DNA of 64,000 nt from Octopus bimaculoides (lineage: Eukaryota): positions 10,909,774-10,973,773 of the forward strand of contig NC_069000.1 of the NCBI RefSeq assembly GCF_001194135.2. Direction: 5' to 3'. The notes beneath the pieces are model-generated. The model did not search any database. It saw only the letters and a program-made list of their open reading frames with translations, and was not told where the DNA came from. Every line of letters begins with the position of its first letter. The first letter of the stretch is position 1. Both the position numbers and the translations under genes were made by a program. Below are positions 48,992-60,084 of this stretch, piece after piece.

Positions 48992-51900
48992 ATGATCAGT
49001 TATAACAAAGAAATATTGAAAGAAGAAGCTAAGAAAGCCAGGCAGGCCCAAGTTATGCAGGCGATCCAGTCACGAACCACATCGACTCCTAAATCCAACT
49101 CAATGCTGTTCAGCGAGCCTGTACGTGTTTCTTCCAACCCTAAAAACCATTCTGTCATGCACCAGACTATCAACAAAGTCCTTGGAAACTACGACGAGGT
49201 CGTCGAAGAAATGTCCAAGCAACCAGGTCACATGATCGGCATTGACAAGCAGACCCGCTCGACAAGAGAAACCAACCACCAAGCCAAAACTTCGAAATTG
49301 CGATGTAATGGCTACAAAATGCGTCCGCAGGCTAGTTCCAAGGGGATGATAGGGAAAGATGATACTCCTCGGAGTCAAGATGCATCTAGTCATGGGCGTT
49401 GCAGCGGAAGCAATAGTGGCAGCGGTGGCTGCAGTGGTAATAGTTCTGCTTCCTACCTTGGTCATGGCCATGGGCACCAAGATGGTTCTAGACAAGGACT
49501 CCTTGAAACACCTCCAGATGGTGCTTATAGTCGTAATTCTCAGAACTCTCATTCAATGTCGAAAGACAGTGGTCACGGACAAAACTCGATAGACAATAAC
49601 TATCGAAGCCGGACTTCTCAAAATTCTCGATTGTCTACTTCATCAAGAATGTTGTCCGAGAAGCATGGACCTGACAAGGACTTCCATCCTAAAAAACACT
49701 CATATTCTTCACAAAATTCTTTCATCAACCCCAATAACAAACTATACACTTCGTCCTCCTCCTCCTCATCATCCACACAACTCAGTAAGCACCCCCCTTA
49801 TCCAACTACCAACTCTGGCAATGCACACGTGAAACCCAATCGGCCCCTATCTTCTTTAAGTGACAAAAGCTCATCACATGGCAGTAATAGTGAGAAATAT
49901 TATCGTGACAAGTACCATTCTGGGGGTGAGAAATCTTTGCAAGTGGACAAGTTTCATAGTAGTGCTGACAAGACCCATGCTGACCATAAACAGTATAGTG
50001 ATAAGACACACAATGAAAGCAAAGAACTTTCTAGTAATGTTGATACCAGTGAGAAAAGCCTCTCCAATAACAGTGGTAGGGAGAAGTCATATTCTGCTGA
50101 GAAAGGAATTTCACATCATTTGACCAAAACCAAGTCAAGATCCCCAATGCCCTCTCTAACACCCAGTGTACAGTCTCAACAACAGGGTCCCCCATTATTA
50201 CAGTCTCAACAACAACAGCCTCACCTTCAACTACAACAGCCATCAAAGGGACCAGCAGCACCACCTTCTGCTATTGCTTCCACACCTCCCCCTCCTTCTC
50301 TCAATATGGATGGTTCTCGAGAGAATCATCACACCTCGTTGCCCTCATCATTGTCACCTGCATACATTGCAACGAATACCGTTTCAAGCAAGCCATCCAT
50401 GCCGACACATCTGAACAAAGGCTTATCAAACTCTCTAAAAGTCAAAATTATTGGCTCAAATCCGGCAAAGCTCTCCAGTGATCTTGATGACAGCGAATCA
50501 AATAACCAGCACACACAGATTGAGAAAATTATGAAAGAAATGTGTCAGCCAGAGAAAATAACGGGTATAAAAACACCGAGCGTGAAAGAGAACCTGGATG
50601 AAGAGAACAGCTTCCTTTCACCGTTGGGGCAAAGCCATAAACACCTGCTGTCCGAATTAAAACATCAGAAACCTTTAACACCTGTACATCAAACAAAGTT
50701 AAAAGCTATTTCACCATCTTTAACTCTCCACCGTTACCAAAAGCAGAATTTAAACACATCACCAGTGCTGTCTGATCTCAAAGAAGAGAAAAATGACCTG
50801 GATAAAATTTTAGCCGAGATGACCTGTCCCGAGTCTCCAGTTACAGCCATTTCTACACCGGAGAAAATGTCAGAAAATCCATTTGCTCGGTCTTTCAAGA
50901 ATTCCCATTCACCTTCCCAAAAGACTTTTGGACTCTCTGACAGTGACAGTGATTCCTTTGATAATGAAGAGGATGCAACACAACCCCCTAATGATAAACC
51001 AGTCCACAGTTGTTCATCTGATGAGAACACCAATAACCAAGCAGATGCCAGCATCCTCAAAGAATCTAAAAACATGACCCTGGCTGCTGCAGAAATTAAG
51101 AACCATCAAAACACAGATTCTGTAGGCGAGAACCAACCATTAAAGACAAGTCCACTTGAATCAACTTCTCCAACAGCTATGCCTGTCTTCCCCTTAAATG
51201 CTGTGAAACGTTCCTTACAGAGTCAAGAAGATCTTTCCCAAGACCTTCAGATGAGTGATTCAGACAGCGAAGCACTCGAGTCTACCAAAGAATTCCCCCC
51301 CGTGTTTACTCTCTCAAAGTCATCACCGTCCAGTCCTATCTCACGCCTACATCATTCCATGGATATCGGTGCAGTGGAAACCAGAAAGGAGTCAGTAGGC
51401 TTTGATATTTTCAGTGAACATCCAACAAGTGAAAGTGATTCTGAGAGTGATGATGTTGTAGGTAAAACAAAGTCCAGTACGTTGACTGTCAACAACTCAG
51501 CTGTTGCAGAATCTAATACTGTCTGTAATAATACGCCATTAGTTTACTCAACACCAGCTAGGAAAGGATCGGGCCAGTTTGCTAAGAAAAATGATAATGA
51601 TGCTGATGATGAAGAGGAGGAGGATGGAGATGACGATGAAGATGATGATCAAAGTGATGTCGAAGAAAGCAATGAGCTGGATAGAATAGGCCCAGCGGTC
51701 AAGCATCAGAAACCAGATGTGGTCTCTTCAAGTTCAACTAGCGACTCAGAAACTGATGATGATGAGTCGAACGTCTCAGAAAAAGCATCTAGTGCATCAG
51801 ATGACGACGATGATAACGACGAAGAGGAAGAAGACGAAGATAAAGACGATCATTCAAAGCAGCTCAACTCAGTGGACGGGGTCAATGATGCGGAACAGTG

Positions 51901-54751
51901 CGATTCTGCAAGTGTTCAAAAGACACCACGCTGGTGTCTGCGAGCATTCTTTTCTTTGCCAAACAGTGGCAACAAAGCAAATCAGGTCCCCAAAGAAGCC
52001 GAGGAAATTGTATCCGTCTCTAGCCATACTGGAAGCAACGTCAGTGCAAGCCAAAGAAGCAGAAACAACAGCAGCAGCAGCAGTAGTAGTAATAGTGGTA
52101 GTAGTAGTAGTAGCAGTAGCGGTAGCAGCAGCTGCAATGAGAACAGCAGTCCAATCACTGAAGCGAACAGTCATTGCGAATCTGATGATGACAGCAACAG
52201 TGAAAAGTCATCTGCAGAGGAGAAAATCTCAATAATACCAAGTGATAATGAAGACCCAGCTAGCAGCTGCCATAAACAAGATGTTACCAGTGCCCCACCA
52301 TTTACTGAGGACATCTCATCAAAGGAAAACAGTTTGCTGGCCAATACTAAATCTGTGACAAATCTCTTGACGTGGCCACCTGGCAAAGACATCCAAGAGT
52401 TTCCATCTCCTGTATCTTCCCCGATGTCTGCATCACCTACATTAGTTCATAGAAAACTGAAACGTAAAATTTCACTTCCCATTTGTATTAATACCAATTT
52501 GCTGTCCTCCATTCCAAATGTTAAACGCCGCAAACTCTCAAATGAACCGTCCCAGCCCGCCGAGCACCTGGATACCATCAAATCTGAAACAGTCCTGAAC
52601 ACTTGGTCAAATCAAATGCAATCCCAAGAGTCTGTTGAGAAACAGTCTGAAAACAAGCAACCCTGGATAAAGCGAGACAAAAGTCCAAGACGAACACCAA
52701 ATAATACTGAATCTAATTGTTGCCAAAAACGCTCTTTGACCATCAAAATCAATACAGATCTTCTGCATTTCATCCCTGCAAAATGCTTAAAAGACATGCC
52801 ATTATTACAAGATGTTAAAACAGAAAACTGTATCGAGGAAGCTGTGGTCAAGCCTGAAATGCAGAATGGTAATATTTCTCCTTCGGTTAAAGTAAGTGAA
52901 CCCAATGCAAACACCGAAAGTTTTGTCATGACACAGACTACAACGACACCTGTGCTGACGGAGAGTACACCTTGCAAAGTAGAAAAATCTGATTTTAAAT
53001 TCCGGATCCCAAAGAGAAACCTCGACTCTGAGAGCTATGACATCAGTCGACCCAGTCCAAAAATGATCAAAACCGAGGGACAAATTTCAAAGAATGAAGA
53101 TAACCAGTTGCCAAATATTTCCAAGAGTGAATCTGTGAAAAGTTTGTCTTTGGTCAACAGTGACAATAACCACAGTTCTCCTTCAACTGAGTCTTCAACT
53201 GCTACCAGCAAAACCAGAATTTCTGATAAAGATAAACAGATTTCTTCCATAGATGATACCAAACAACCATGCCATGACAAAGAGAAGGACAATGCTGTGC
53301 TACCTGCATCTCCATCTGAATGTAATAGCAGTGGTTGTAGTACAAGTAGTAGCAGTAGTAATAGCAATAACAACAACAACAACAATGGTGATGATGACAT
53401 CGACGACGATGGTGATGACAGCAACAGTGATAGTGAGCATGATGACAGTGATCACAATGACCATGTTGATAATGAAAATGTTAAGAAGCATAACAACAGC
53501 AATGGTAATAATCAAAGTGTCAATGCTTTAACTAACTCGTCCAGCAATAAAAAGCTTAAAACAGCAACCCAGGCAAACTTGACATCAAAAAGCTCATCGG
53601 ATAATTCCAAAGACACCGGGAAACCGGTTGCAACACCGTCTCCATCAAGGCAGTCTAACTCTTCTTCTGCCTTGTTGTCACCGAAGGGGTCGACGTCAAG
53701 CAATGCAGCTGACCACCACCACCACCATCAGCAGCAGCCCTCGACGTCTGCTATTAGTATGATCCCAGTCACCCCCAGCTACAGCAACAGTTCAAATAGC
53801 CTACGTAACAGGCCATTATACAAGAGTAGTAGTTCTAACCACCACAGCAGCAGTGATGGTGGCTGCAGCCATAAGGGTAAAGAAAAGGCTGCTGACCACT
53901 TTTTCCAAGAAGCCAAACGTATGAAACACGAAGGAAACAAATTAACCGACATCTTTGAGAAATCTTTCTTGTATATGAATGCTGTGGTGTCCTATGTACA
54001 GTGCGGTATAGCATTAGAAAAAGATCAGGAACAGCGATGTTTTCGCATGTTTGGTGAGATTTTTGACTTTCTCAATCAAATCGGACACTACCACCAGTAC
54101 CCTCACGAACCGCAAATCTCACTGTTGCGTTTGCTGTTGATGTCTCGTGTTTGCAAAAAGCTCTACGACATGAAGAAAAAGGTTGCCGACAACCTCAAGC
54201 TGGCCATTGATGAATACAACAAGCAGTCTAGTAGCACTTCCTTGCCATCTCACACCCCATCCCCGCATCGGCCTAACTGGAACACTTCCACGCCTTCATC
54301 ACGATCAACCCCTTCACCATCAGGCAGCATTGACTCAATACGTTCACAAGGAAGTAATGCTTCAGATGCAAGACTAACGCCTTCAGCTTCATCGTCAAAT
54401 GCTGTTTCAGCAACATCACACTCCTCCTCCCATATCTCTAACAACTCTACTTCATCCTCTTCTTCCTCCAACCCAAACTCTTCGAGCCTTACGGGTTCGT
54501 CTTTGCCCTCCTCGTCACAGACTGTTACTATTCCTAAAAGAATTCATTCCATCACACAGAACTACATAGAAATATTAGATTATATTGTGAAGACTCACAA
54601 TTACTGGGAACAGGCTGAAAATCAGAAAGAAAGTTGCAAAGACTTTATTGATCTCCTGCACACTAGATGTAATTACATCTCATTGCAAAGCAGTATTTTT
54701 CAATATGTGGAATACGTAAGAGTTGGTCTCCAAATTCTCCGAGAATCATGA
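48992..54751 (+). CDS. lilli: AF4/FMR2 family (AFF1-4/lilliputian-like) super elongation complex scaffold, 1919 aa, intronless CDS
   Basis: N-terminal LFSEPVRV...INKVLGNYDEV (cf. AFF LFAEPYKV...IQSMLGNYDEM, cyclin T1-binding); ILAEMT..PVTAISTP (ELL-binding region); DLQMSDSDSE; WCLRAFF; LTIKINTDLLHFIP (AF9/ENL-binding); C-terminal homology domain ADHFFQEAKRMKH...CGIALE...VTIPKRIH...YVRVGLQILRE. Vertebrate paralogue cannot be assigned. Confidence 0.93.
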   Translation: MISYNKEILKEEAKKARQAQVMQAIQSRTTSTPKSNSMLFSEPVRVSSNPKNHSVMHQTINKVLGNYDEVVEEMSKQPGHMIGIDKQTRSTRETNHQAKTSKLRCNGYKMRPQASSKGMIGKDDTPRSQDASSHGRCSGSNSGSGGCSGNSSASYLGHGHGHQDGSRQGLLETPPDGAYSRNSQNSHSMSKDSGHGQNSIDNNYRSRTSQNSRLSTSSRMLSEKHGPDKDFHPKKHSYSSQNSFINPNNKLYTSSSSSSSSTQLSKHPPYPTTNSGNAHVKPNRPLSSLSDKSSSHGSNSEKYYRDKYHSGGEKSLQVDKFHSSADKTHADHKQYSDKTHNESKELSSNVDTSEKSLSNNSGREKSYSAEKGISHHLTKTKSRSPMPSLTPSVQSQQQGPPLLQSQQQQPHLQLQQPSKGPAAPPSAIASTPPPPSLNMDGSRENHHTSLPSSLSPAYIATNTVSSKPSMPTHLNKGLSNSLKVKIIGSNPAKLSSDLDDSESNNQHTQIEKIMKEMCQPEKITGIKTPSVKENLDEENSFLSPLGQSHKHLLSELKHQKPLTPVHQTKLKAISPSLTLHRYQKQNLNTSPVLSDLKEEKNDLDKILAEMTCPESPVTAISTPEKMSENPFARSFKNSHSPSQKTFGLSDSDSDSFDNEEDATQPPNDKPVHSCSSDENTNNQADASILKESKNMTLAAAEIKNHQNTDSVGENQPLKTSPLESTSPTAMPVFPLNAVKRSLQSQEDLSQDLQMSDSDSEALESTKEFPPVFTLSKSSPSSPISRLHHSMDIGAVETRKESVGFDIFSEHPTSESDSESDDVVGKTKSSTLTVNNSAVAESNTVCNNTPLVYSTPARKGSGQFAKKNDNDADDEEEEDGDDDEDDDQSDVEESNELDRIGPAVKHQKPDVVSSSSTSDSETDDDESNVSEKASSASDDDDDNDEEEEDEDKDDHSKQLNSVDGVNDAEQCDSASVQKTPRWCLRAFFSLPNSGNKANQVPKEAEEIVSVSSHTGSNVSASQRSRNNSSSSSSSNSGSSSSSSSGSSSCNENSSPITEANSHCESDDDSNSEKSSAEEKISIIPSDNEDPASSCHKQDVTSAPPFTEDISSKENSLLANTKSVTNLLTWPPGKDIQEFPSPVSSPMSASPTLVHRKLKRKISLPICINTNLLSSIPNVKRRKLSNEPSQPAEHLDTIKSETVLNTWSNQMQSQESVEKQSENKQPWIKRDKSPRRTPNNTESNCCQKRSLTIKINTDLLHFIPAKCLKDMPLLQDVKTENCIEEAVVKPEMQNGNISPSVKVSEPNANTESFVMTQTTTTPVLTESTPCKVEKSDFKFRIPKRNLDSESYDISRPSPKMIKTEGQISKNEDNQLPNISKSESVKSLSLVNSDNNHSSPSTESSTATSKTRISDKDKQISSIDDTKQPCHDKEKDNAVLPASPSECNSSGCSTSSSSSNSNNNNNNNGDDDIDDDGDDSNSDSEHDDSDHNDHVDNENVKKHNNSNGNNQSVNALTNSSSNKKLKTATQANLTSKSSSDNSKDTGKPVATPSPSRQSNSSSALLSPKGSTSSNAADHHHHHQQQPSTSAISMIPVTPSYSNSSNSLRNRPLYKSSSSNHHSSSDGGCSHKGKEKAADHFFQEAKRMKHEGNKLTDIFEKSFLYMNAVVSYVQCGIALEKDQEQRCFRMFGEIFDFLNQIGHYHQYPHEPQISLLRLLLMSRVCKKLYDMKKKVADNLKLAIDEYNKQSSSTSLPSHTPSPHRPNWNTSTPSSRSTPSPSGSIDSIRSQGSNASDARLTPSASSSNAVSATSHSSSHISNNSTSSSSSSNPNSSSLTGSSLPSSSQTVTIPKRIHSITQNYIEILDYIVKTHNYWEQAENQKESCKDFIDLLHTRCNYISLQSSIFQYVEYVRVGLQILRES

Positions 54752-56426
54752 CCTGACCTTCTGAACAATTACAAAGAGAAAATTTAAAATAAAAGAAAAA
54801 AAAAATAAACAAAGAAACAAAACTATTGCTATTTATAATAAAGGAAAAAAAATAATGTTTACTTTTCCTTCCCTTCCCCCATTTGGATTTTTTTTTTTGA
54901 TTTTTTTTTTTCCTCCTCCTCCTTGATGCTTGATCTTCAAAGGAAGCCATTTGCCAAAATAGAAAGTGTCTGAGATCCAGGTAGCTCCCTCAAGAGCCAA
55001 CCTGTCTATAAGTATTGATGAAAAGACGACGAGAAGAAAAGAGAGGGATGGAAGGTGAGAAGAAGAGCGAGAAAGACTTTATATGTGCAAGAATGAGAGA
55101 GAAACACTGTGTGTGTGTGTGAAAGAGATGGTTTGTGCAGAAAGTATATACTTAAAGTCAGTCCTTTGTAAGATAATGAAGATGAAGTGATGGCATTAAA
55201 AAAAAAAAAAATAAAGTCAAAACATAAAATTGTGTTTGTCTTTTGATCTTCCCTCCCCATTCTACCCAAATATGCCTGCACACACGCTCACACTTACACA
55301 AACACATACATGCTCTCACGTGCACACACATTCTTGTTATAAGTTTTTAATTCAAATAATTTTTGAATATAAAAAGTGCTTTGAAAACTTTATTAAACAT
55401 AGTTTAATTTTTCCATGAATTTTACACGTGGTTTTGTACACACAGCTAGCCGAGTTCATTTGAGTGCAATAAGGTCGACAGGTAAATCATCAGTGGCGGT
55501 ACACTGAGTCCCTTATAAAAGCACTGAATCCCTTTATGGCTCAGTCTGTCTAGCTGTATCCAAAGTACCATCGGGAGTTGCAGTTCACTGCTCTATGCAG
55601 CACGAGCACTCTATATAAAGAATGAGGGTTTCATTCATGCAATACTGAGCTCAAATCCTCCCTTGGGGCCCCACAGAAGGCAACAGAAAAGCAACTACAG
55701 TGTTTCCTCTCTTGATTCGCCACATGAGGTTTTTCAAGTGGTGACCCAATGAGTTTTGAAATATTTACTTGTACTTTACATATGTGTGAAGACAAGATGT
55801 CGTTTCTGTATGTCTGTGATTTTGTACATGCACACATAAATAAATACACAAGTCTAGCTAAATTTCGTGTGTGGAAGAACATATTTGTGAAAATCAATCG
55901 TATTAAGCTTTGTAATGTGAGCCAATACATTGTTCCTACCATTATCACCTTTCCAGTTCTGTCAACACACACACACACACACATACACTGCTTTCTCCTC
56001 CCTCCAGTTTTGTACTGTAGGTGAGACTTGCAGAGCGAAACCAACCTGAGGCCTGGTTCCATCATTGTGTCTTGTGTCTGTCGCTGTTTTAGGTTGTGAA
56101 GACTTCCTTGTTTGAAATCAGGACTGATTGATTCTTTTGGTTCTTTTTTTTTTTTTTCCTAAACACCCAAGGGACAGCATTTGATAGCCTAAGTTCTTTT
56201 ACTGGAGAAGAGATCGAAAGAGCAAAGGGAGAGAAGGCAATATATAAACTAGGTGTGATGTACCGTTACTTTTAATGACTGTGAGATGGATGGCTGGGTC
56301 TAGTAGAGATAGACAGACAGAAGCAAAAAAACAATCACATTTGCTTCTTTTATTCGGATTATATTCTTACAAAACAAAAGACAATTTTTAATTGCTACAT
56401 TAAATCACATATTTATAACTTGTAGC

Positions 56427-56483
<57 letters not shown>

Positions 56484-56949
56484 ATCTATATAAAGAGCCT
56501 GTTTGTCATCTTCGTATTTTGGGAAGGAATTATGGCTATGCATAAACAATATAACATAGTAAATGTGTGCACACGTATGTGTTTGTACATTTCTGTAAAA
56601 GGTGTTTATTTTATTTTTGTGAGTATGGGGGGAGGGGTTAGGGAGGTGGATGATGAGAAAGAGGAAGATGAAGGGGGGGAAAAAAAGCTGTAAAGTTTTA
56701 AAAAATACAAACAAACAAAAAACAAAAATGACTATTTGTGTAAAGAATATAGACAGATACTATTTACTTTTGTCTTTTAAGAATCTCTTGTCTGAAGAAA
56801 CCAAACCAAAATGATTTTAAGAAAAAAATAATAAAAATATTAATTATAATGAAATCAAGAAATATGACAAGAATTTTATTCTTGAAAATATAAAGACAAA
56901 GAAATTTTAAAAAAACTACTGTTGTTGTTTTTATTTGTATATGTATGTA

Positions 56950-57330
56950 TTTTTTTCTTGTGTCAGTCAGACTGCGGCCATGCTGGGGCACTGCCTTGAA
57001 GAAAATTTAGATGAATGAATTGACCTCAGAACATTTTTTTTTTTCAGCCTGATACTTATTCTATTGGTCTTTTTTGTTGAACCACTAAGTTACAGAGATA
57101 TCAACATACCAATATCGGTTGCCAAGCAGTGTTGCAGGACAAAGACACACACATATATACATACACACACAATGAGCTTGCTTCAGTTTGCATCTACCAT
57201 ATCCACTCACAAGGTTTGGTCAGCCCAAGGCTATAATAGAAGACACTTACCTAGGGTGCCACACTGGGACTGAACCTGGAACCATGTGGTTGGGAAGCAA
57301 ACTTTTAACCACTCAGCTACACCAGCACCC
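56950..57330 (-). mobile_element. family A SINE, near full length
   Basis: gactgcggccatgctggggcactgcc...gggactgaacctggaaccatgtggttgggaagc. Confidence 0.8.
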
Positions 57331-57589
57331 ATATGTATGTTTTTGCATTTTGTAACGGGAACCGTATCAAGTCCTGCCATTTCAATCAAAAAGCACAATC
57401 AGAACATGCCCAGCTAAAGAAATTTCCCTGTCATTCATTCTAACTCCATGCGCCATACCTATCTCTGTGTGGTCGTACATTAGCAAGATCTAAAGAACCA
57501 ATAGCTGCATGATAAACAACATTTTTTTTGTCATCCCATTCAGGGGTCAGTATAATTTGTTTTTTTTGCTGTCTAATCTCTTTCTGTTG

Positions 57590-57850
57590 ATTGTTTTCAA
57601 CCATCACTATCCCCAGTACCACCACCACAACTGCCATACATACACCATTCAGACCTCTGACGCCACCACCATCAATACTTTTGAGTTTGCTGCCTTCCCC
57701 TCCATCACCATTGTCTTTCACATCGCTGTCATCCCTGACTGCCTCAGCTACCACCATCATCACTGTCAACTCCACCTCGATTACTATCACAACCGTCAAT
57801 CTACTACCACCCTTACCATCTATATGCTTACTATTACTCTCACCCCATCA
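57590..57850. repeat. (cac/cat)-rich low-complexity tract
   Basis: degenerate accaccacc/catcac repeats. Confidence 0.6.
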
Positions 57851-57964
57851 TGAGGAATAGTGGAAGTGTCATTGAATAGTGAGAGAGGGTCAAAATGTGG
57901 CATGCTGACACAGAAATTCACTTTGGCATTTATTATTATAGAGGTGTGTGTATGTATACATGAC

Positions 57965-58092
57965 AAGCTTATTTCAGTTTCCATTTACCAAATCCACTCA
58001 CAAGGCTTTGGTTGGCCCAAGGCTATAATAGAAGACACTTCCCCAAGGTACCATGTGGTTGGGAAGCAGACTTCTTACCACACCTGCACCTA
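57965..58092 (-). mobile_element. family A SINE head fragment
   Basis: ttcagtttccatttaccaaatccactcacaaggctttgg...catgtggttgggaagcagacttcttacc. Confidence 0.75.
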
Positions 58093-58639
58093 CATATATA
58101 TATATATAAAAGAAAGAAAGACATTTTATTTGAACAGATGTGCTATTCTCTGTAGCTAATAATATTGTCATAATTTTTCGATGATATAAGTACACTAGTA
58201 AAATAGATATTAAATATTGACACGAGGCCATACGTTGATGTGAAAGAAGACAAAAATAAAAGGCAATTTATGTGACAGTTATGCTTTTGCATAAGAGCAA
58301 CATCTGAGCTGAAACAGTTATGAGGAAACTTCGTCTCATTACTTTTCTATTAAGCAATGGTTTATAAACTTGTTTGATTTCAACACCAAGGTTCAAGTCT
58401 GACAACAGAATGGTGTCATTGAAATAATTTTTATAGCAAATGGCTTTGAGATTATTTTCCAGTTTCTCTAACGCAGAGCAGGTTTTACAGCCACATCATC
58501 CAAACCAACCGGGTGAAACCGGGCTTAGCTGCTAGTATACATATATATATATGTATGTATGTATGTATTTTTATATATATATATATATATAATATATGTA
58601 TGTGTGTGTGTGTGTATATATATATATATGTATATATTT

Positions 58640-58845
58640 CTTTATTGCCCACAGCGGGGGGGGGGGCTAAATATAGAGTGGACAGACAAGGGGATTAAGT
58701 CGATTACATCGACCCCAGTGATTAACTGGTACTTATTTAATCAACCCCGAAAGGATGAAAGGCAAAGTTGACCTCAGTGGAATTTGAACTCAGAACATAA
58801 CGGTAGATGAAATACCGCTTAGCATTTCGCCCAGTGTGCTAAAAC
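58640..58845 (-). mobile_element. family B SINE
   Basis: gggattaagtcgattacatcgaccccag...aaggatgaaaggcaaagttgacctcagtggaatttgaactcag. Confidence 0.85.
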
Positions 58846-59574
58846 GAATAATAAGGAACAAGGAACCTCAACTGTGTTTATTCTACTGTCAAAACAAGGC
58901 AGTGATTCCATGCTTTTAATCCATATAAATGTTAAGACACAGCTTCAAAATACATAATAAAGACATAGCAGTTATGGCAAAAAAATAAAAAGGATTAATG
59001 AAAAAGGAAGCCTCTACTGGTTTTCCATTTATTCTACAGGATGATATTCAAACATCATTTAAAGCTTATAGTAGCTACATAGAATACGTCCATCTGTTTT
59101 ACCGACCTGATAAAATGAAATGTAGATATCTATAAAACATGTGGAAACCTTCTGAATCAATACTTGTAATGTGCCAGATATCAATAGTAATAATAATAAT
59201 AATAGAATGGGATGGGAGTCCAGCAGTTACACAAACAATAGCTATTCGCTGCCACCCCCAACCTTATATTTCTCATCTCGTCAGCTGTAATATGCTACGC
59301 CTATGAACTCCCAACATTAGATGGTGAACATATCGGCATTATTTTGTATCATTGCAGATGTTGCCTAGGTTCTATAAAAGACTTCAAGAGTAATTCACAA
59401 AAGCATCGCACAAAATGTATATCAGTTTTATTAACTAAAATCCAGAATATAGATGTGTTTACATGGATAAATTTAATAGTCCACACACTGCACATAATGT
59501 TTTCTAGAATTAACCTTTAATTAGTACAGGTGAGTGTGGTGGTGGTGGTGGCTGTTAGAATTATTGGTTCTTCT

Positions 59575-59830
59575 TTGAGTGCCATGCAGCAGGTTTGGCC
59601 CCAGGTGCACATGGTTGGGAAGCAAGCTTCTTAACCACACAGCCATTCTGTGTTAGTGTGTGTGAGAGAGAGGGGGGGAGAGTGAGTGCATGCACTTTTG
59701 TGCTTGTGTCGCTACTTGACAACTGGTGTCGATTTATAAACGCACCCATCACCTAGCAGTTCAGCAAAAGGTGATTGACATAACAAGGACCTGACTTAAA
59801 AATAAGTACAATGAATAAAACAAGTAAAAG
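59575..59830 (+). mobile_element. family A SINE, decayed, with a locally inverted head segment
   Basis: catggttgggaagcaagcttcttaaccacacagcc (minus orientation) followed by cttgacaactggtgtcg...tagcagttcagcaaaag (plus orientation). Confidence 0.55.
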
Positions 59831-60084
59831 AATAAAAATAAGAAAAAAAATACAGATTTGAAATAATGTCTAAGTAGATATTATTCTGTGTTTATGCAGC
59901 GTAGACAAAAATTATTGGCTGTGATAGTATTTGTATAAATCGACATGCACCAAGTGCCTTAGATGCATCTGTATTGATAAAAAAAAAAAATACAACTGAT
60001 AACATTTGTATTTTTTCATATACATGTATGTGCATGAAAAAGTAATTGAGTAATTAGGGCCATGACTGTGATTTTCAGCCGAGT

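Noticed and set aside
49100-54471. Many antisense and alternate-frame ORFs overlapping the AFF CDS
   Set aside because: Shadows of Ser/Asp/Asn codon repeats in the real ORF; no independent motifs.
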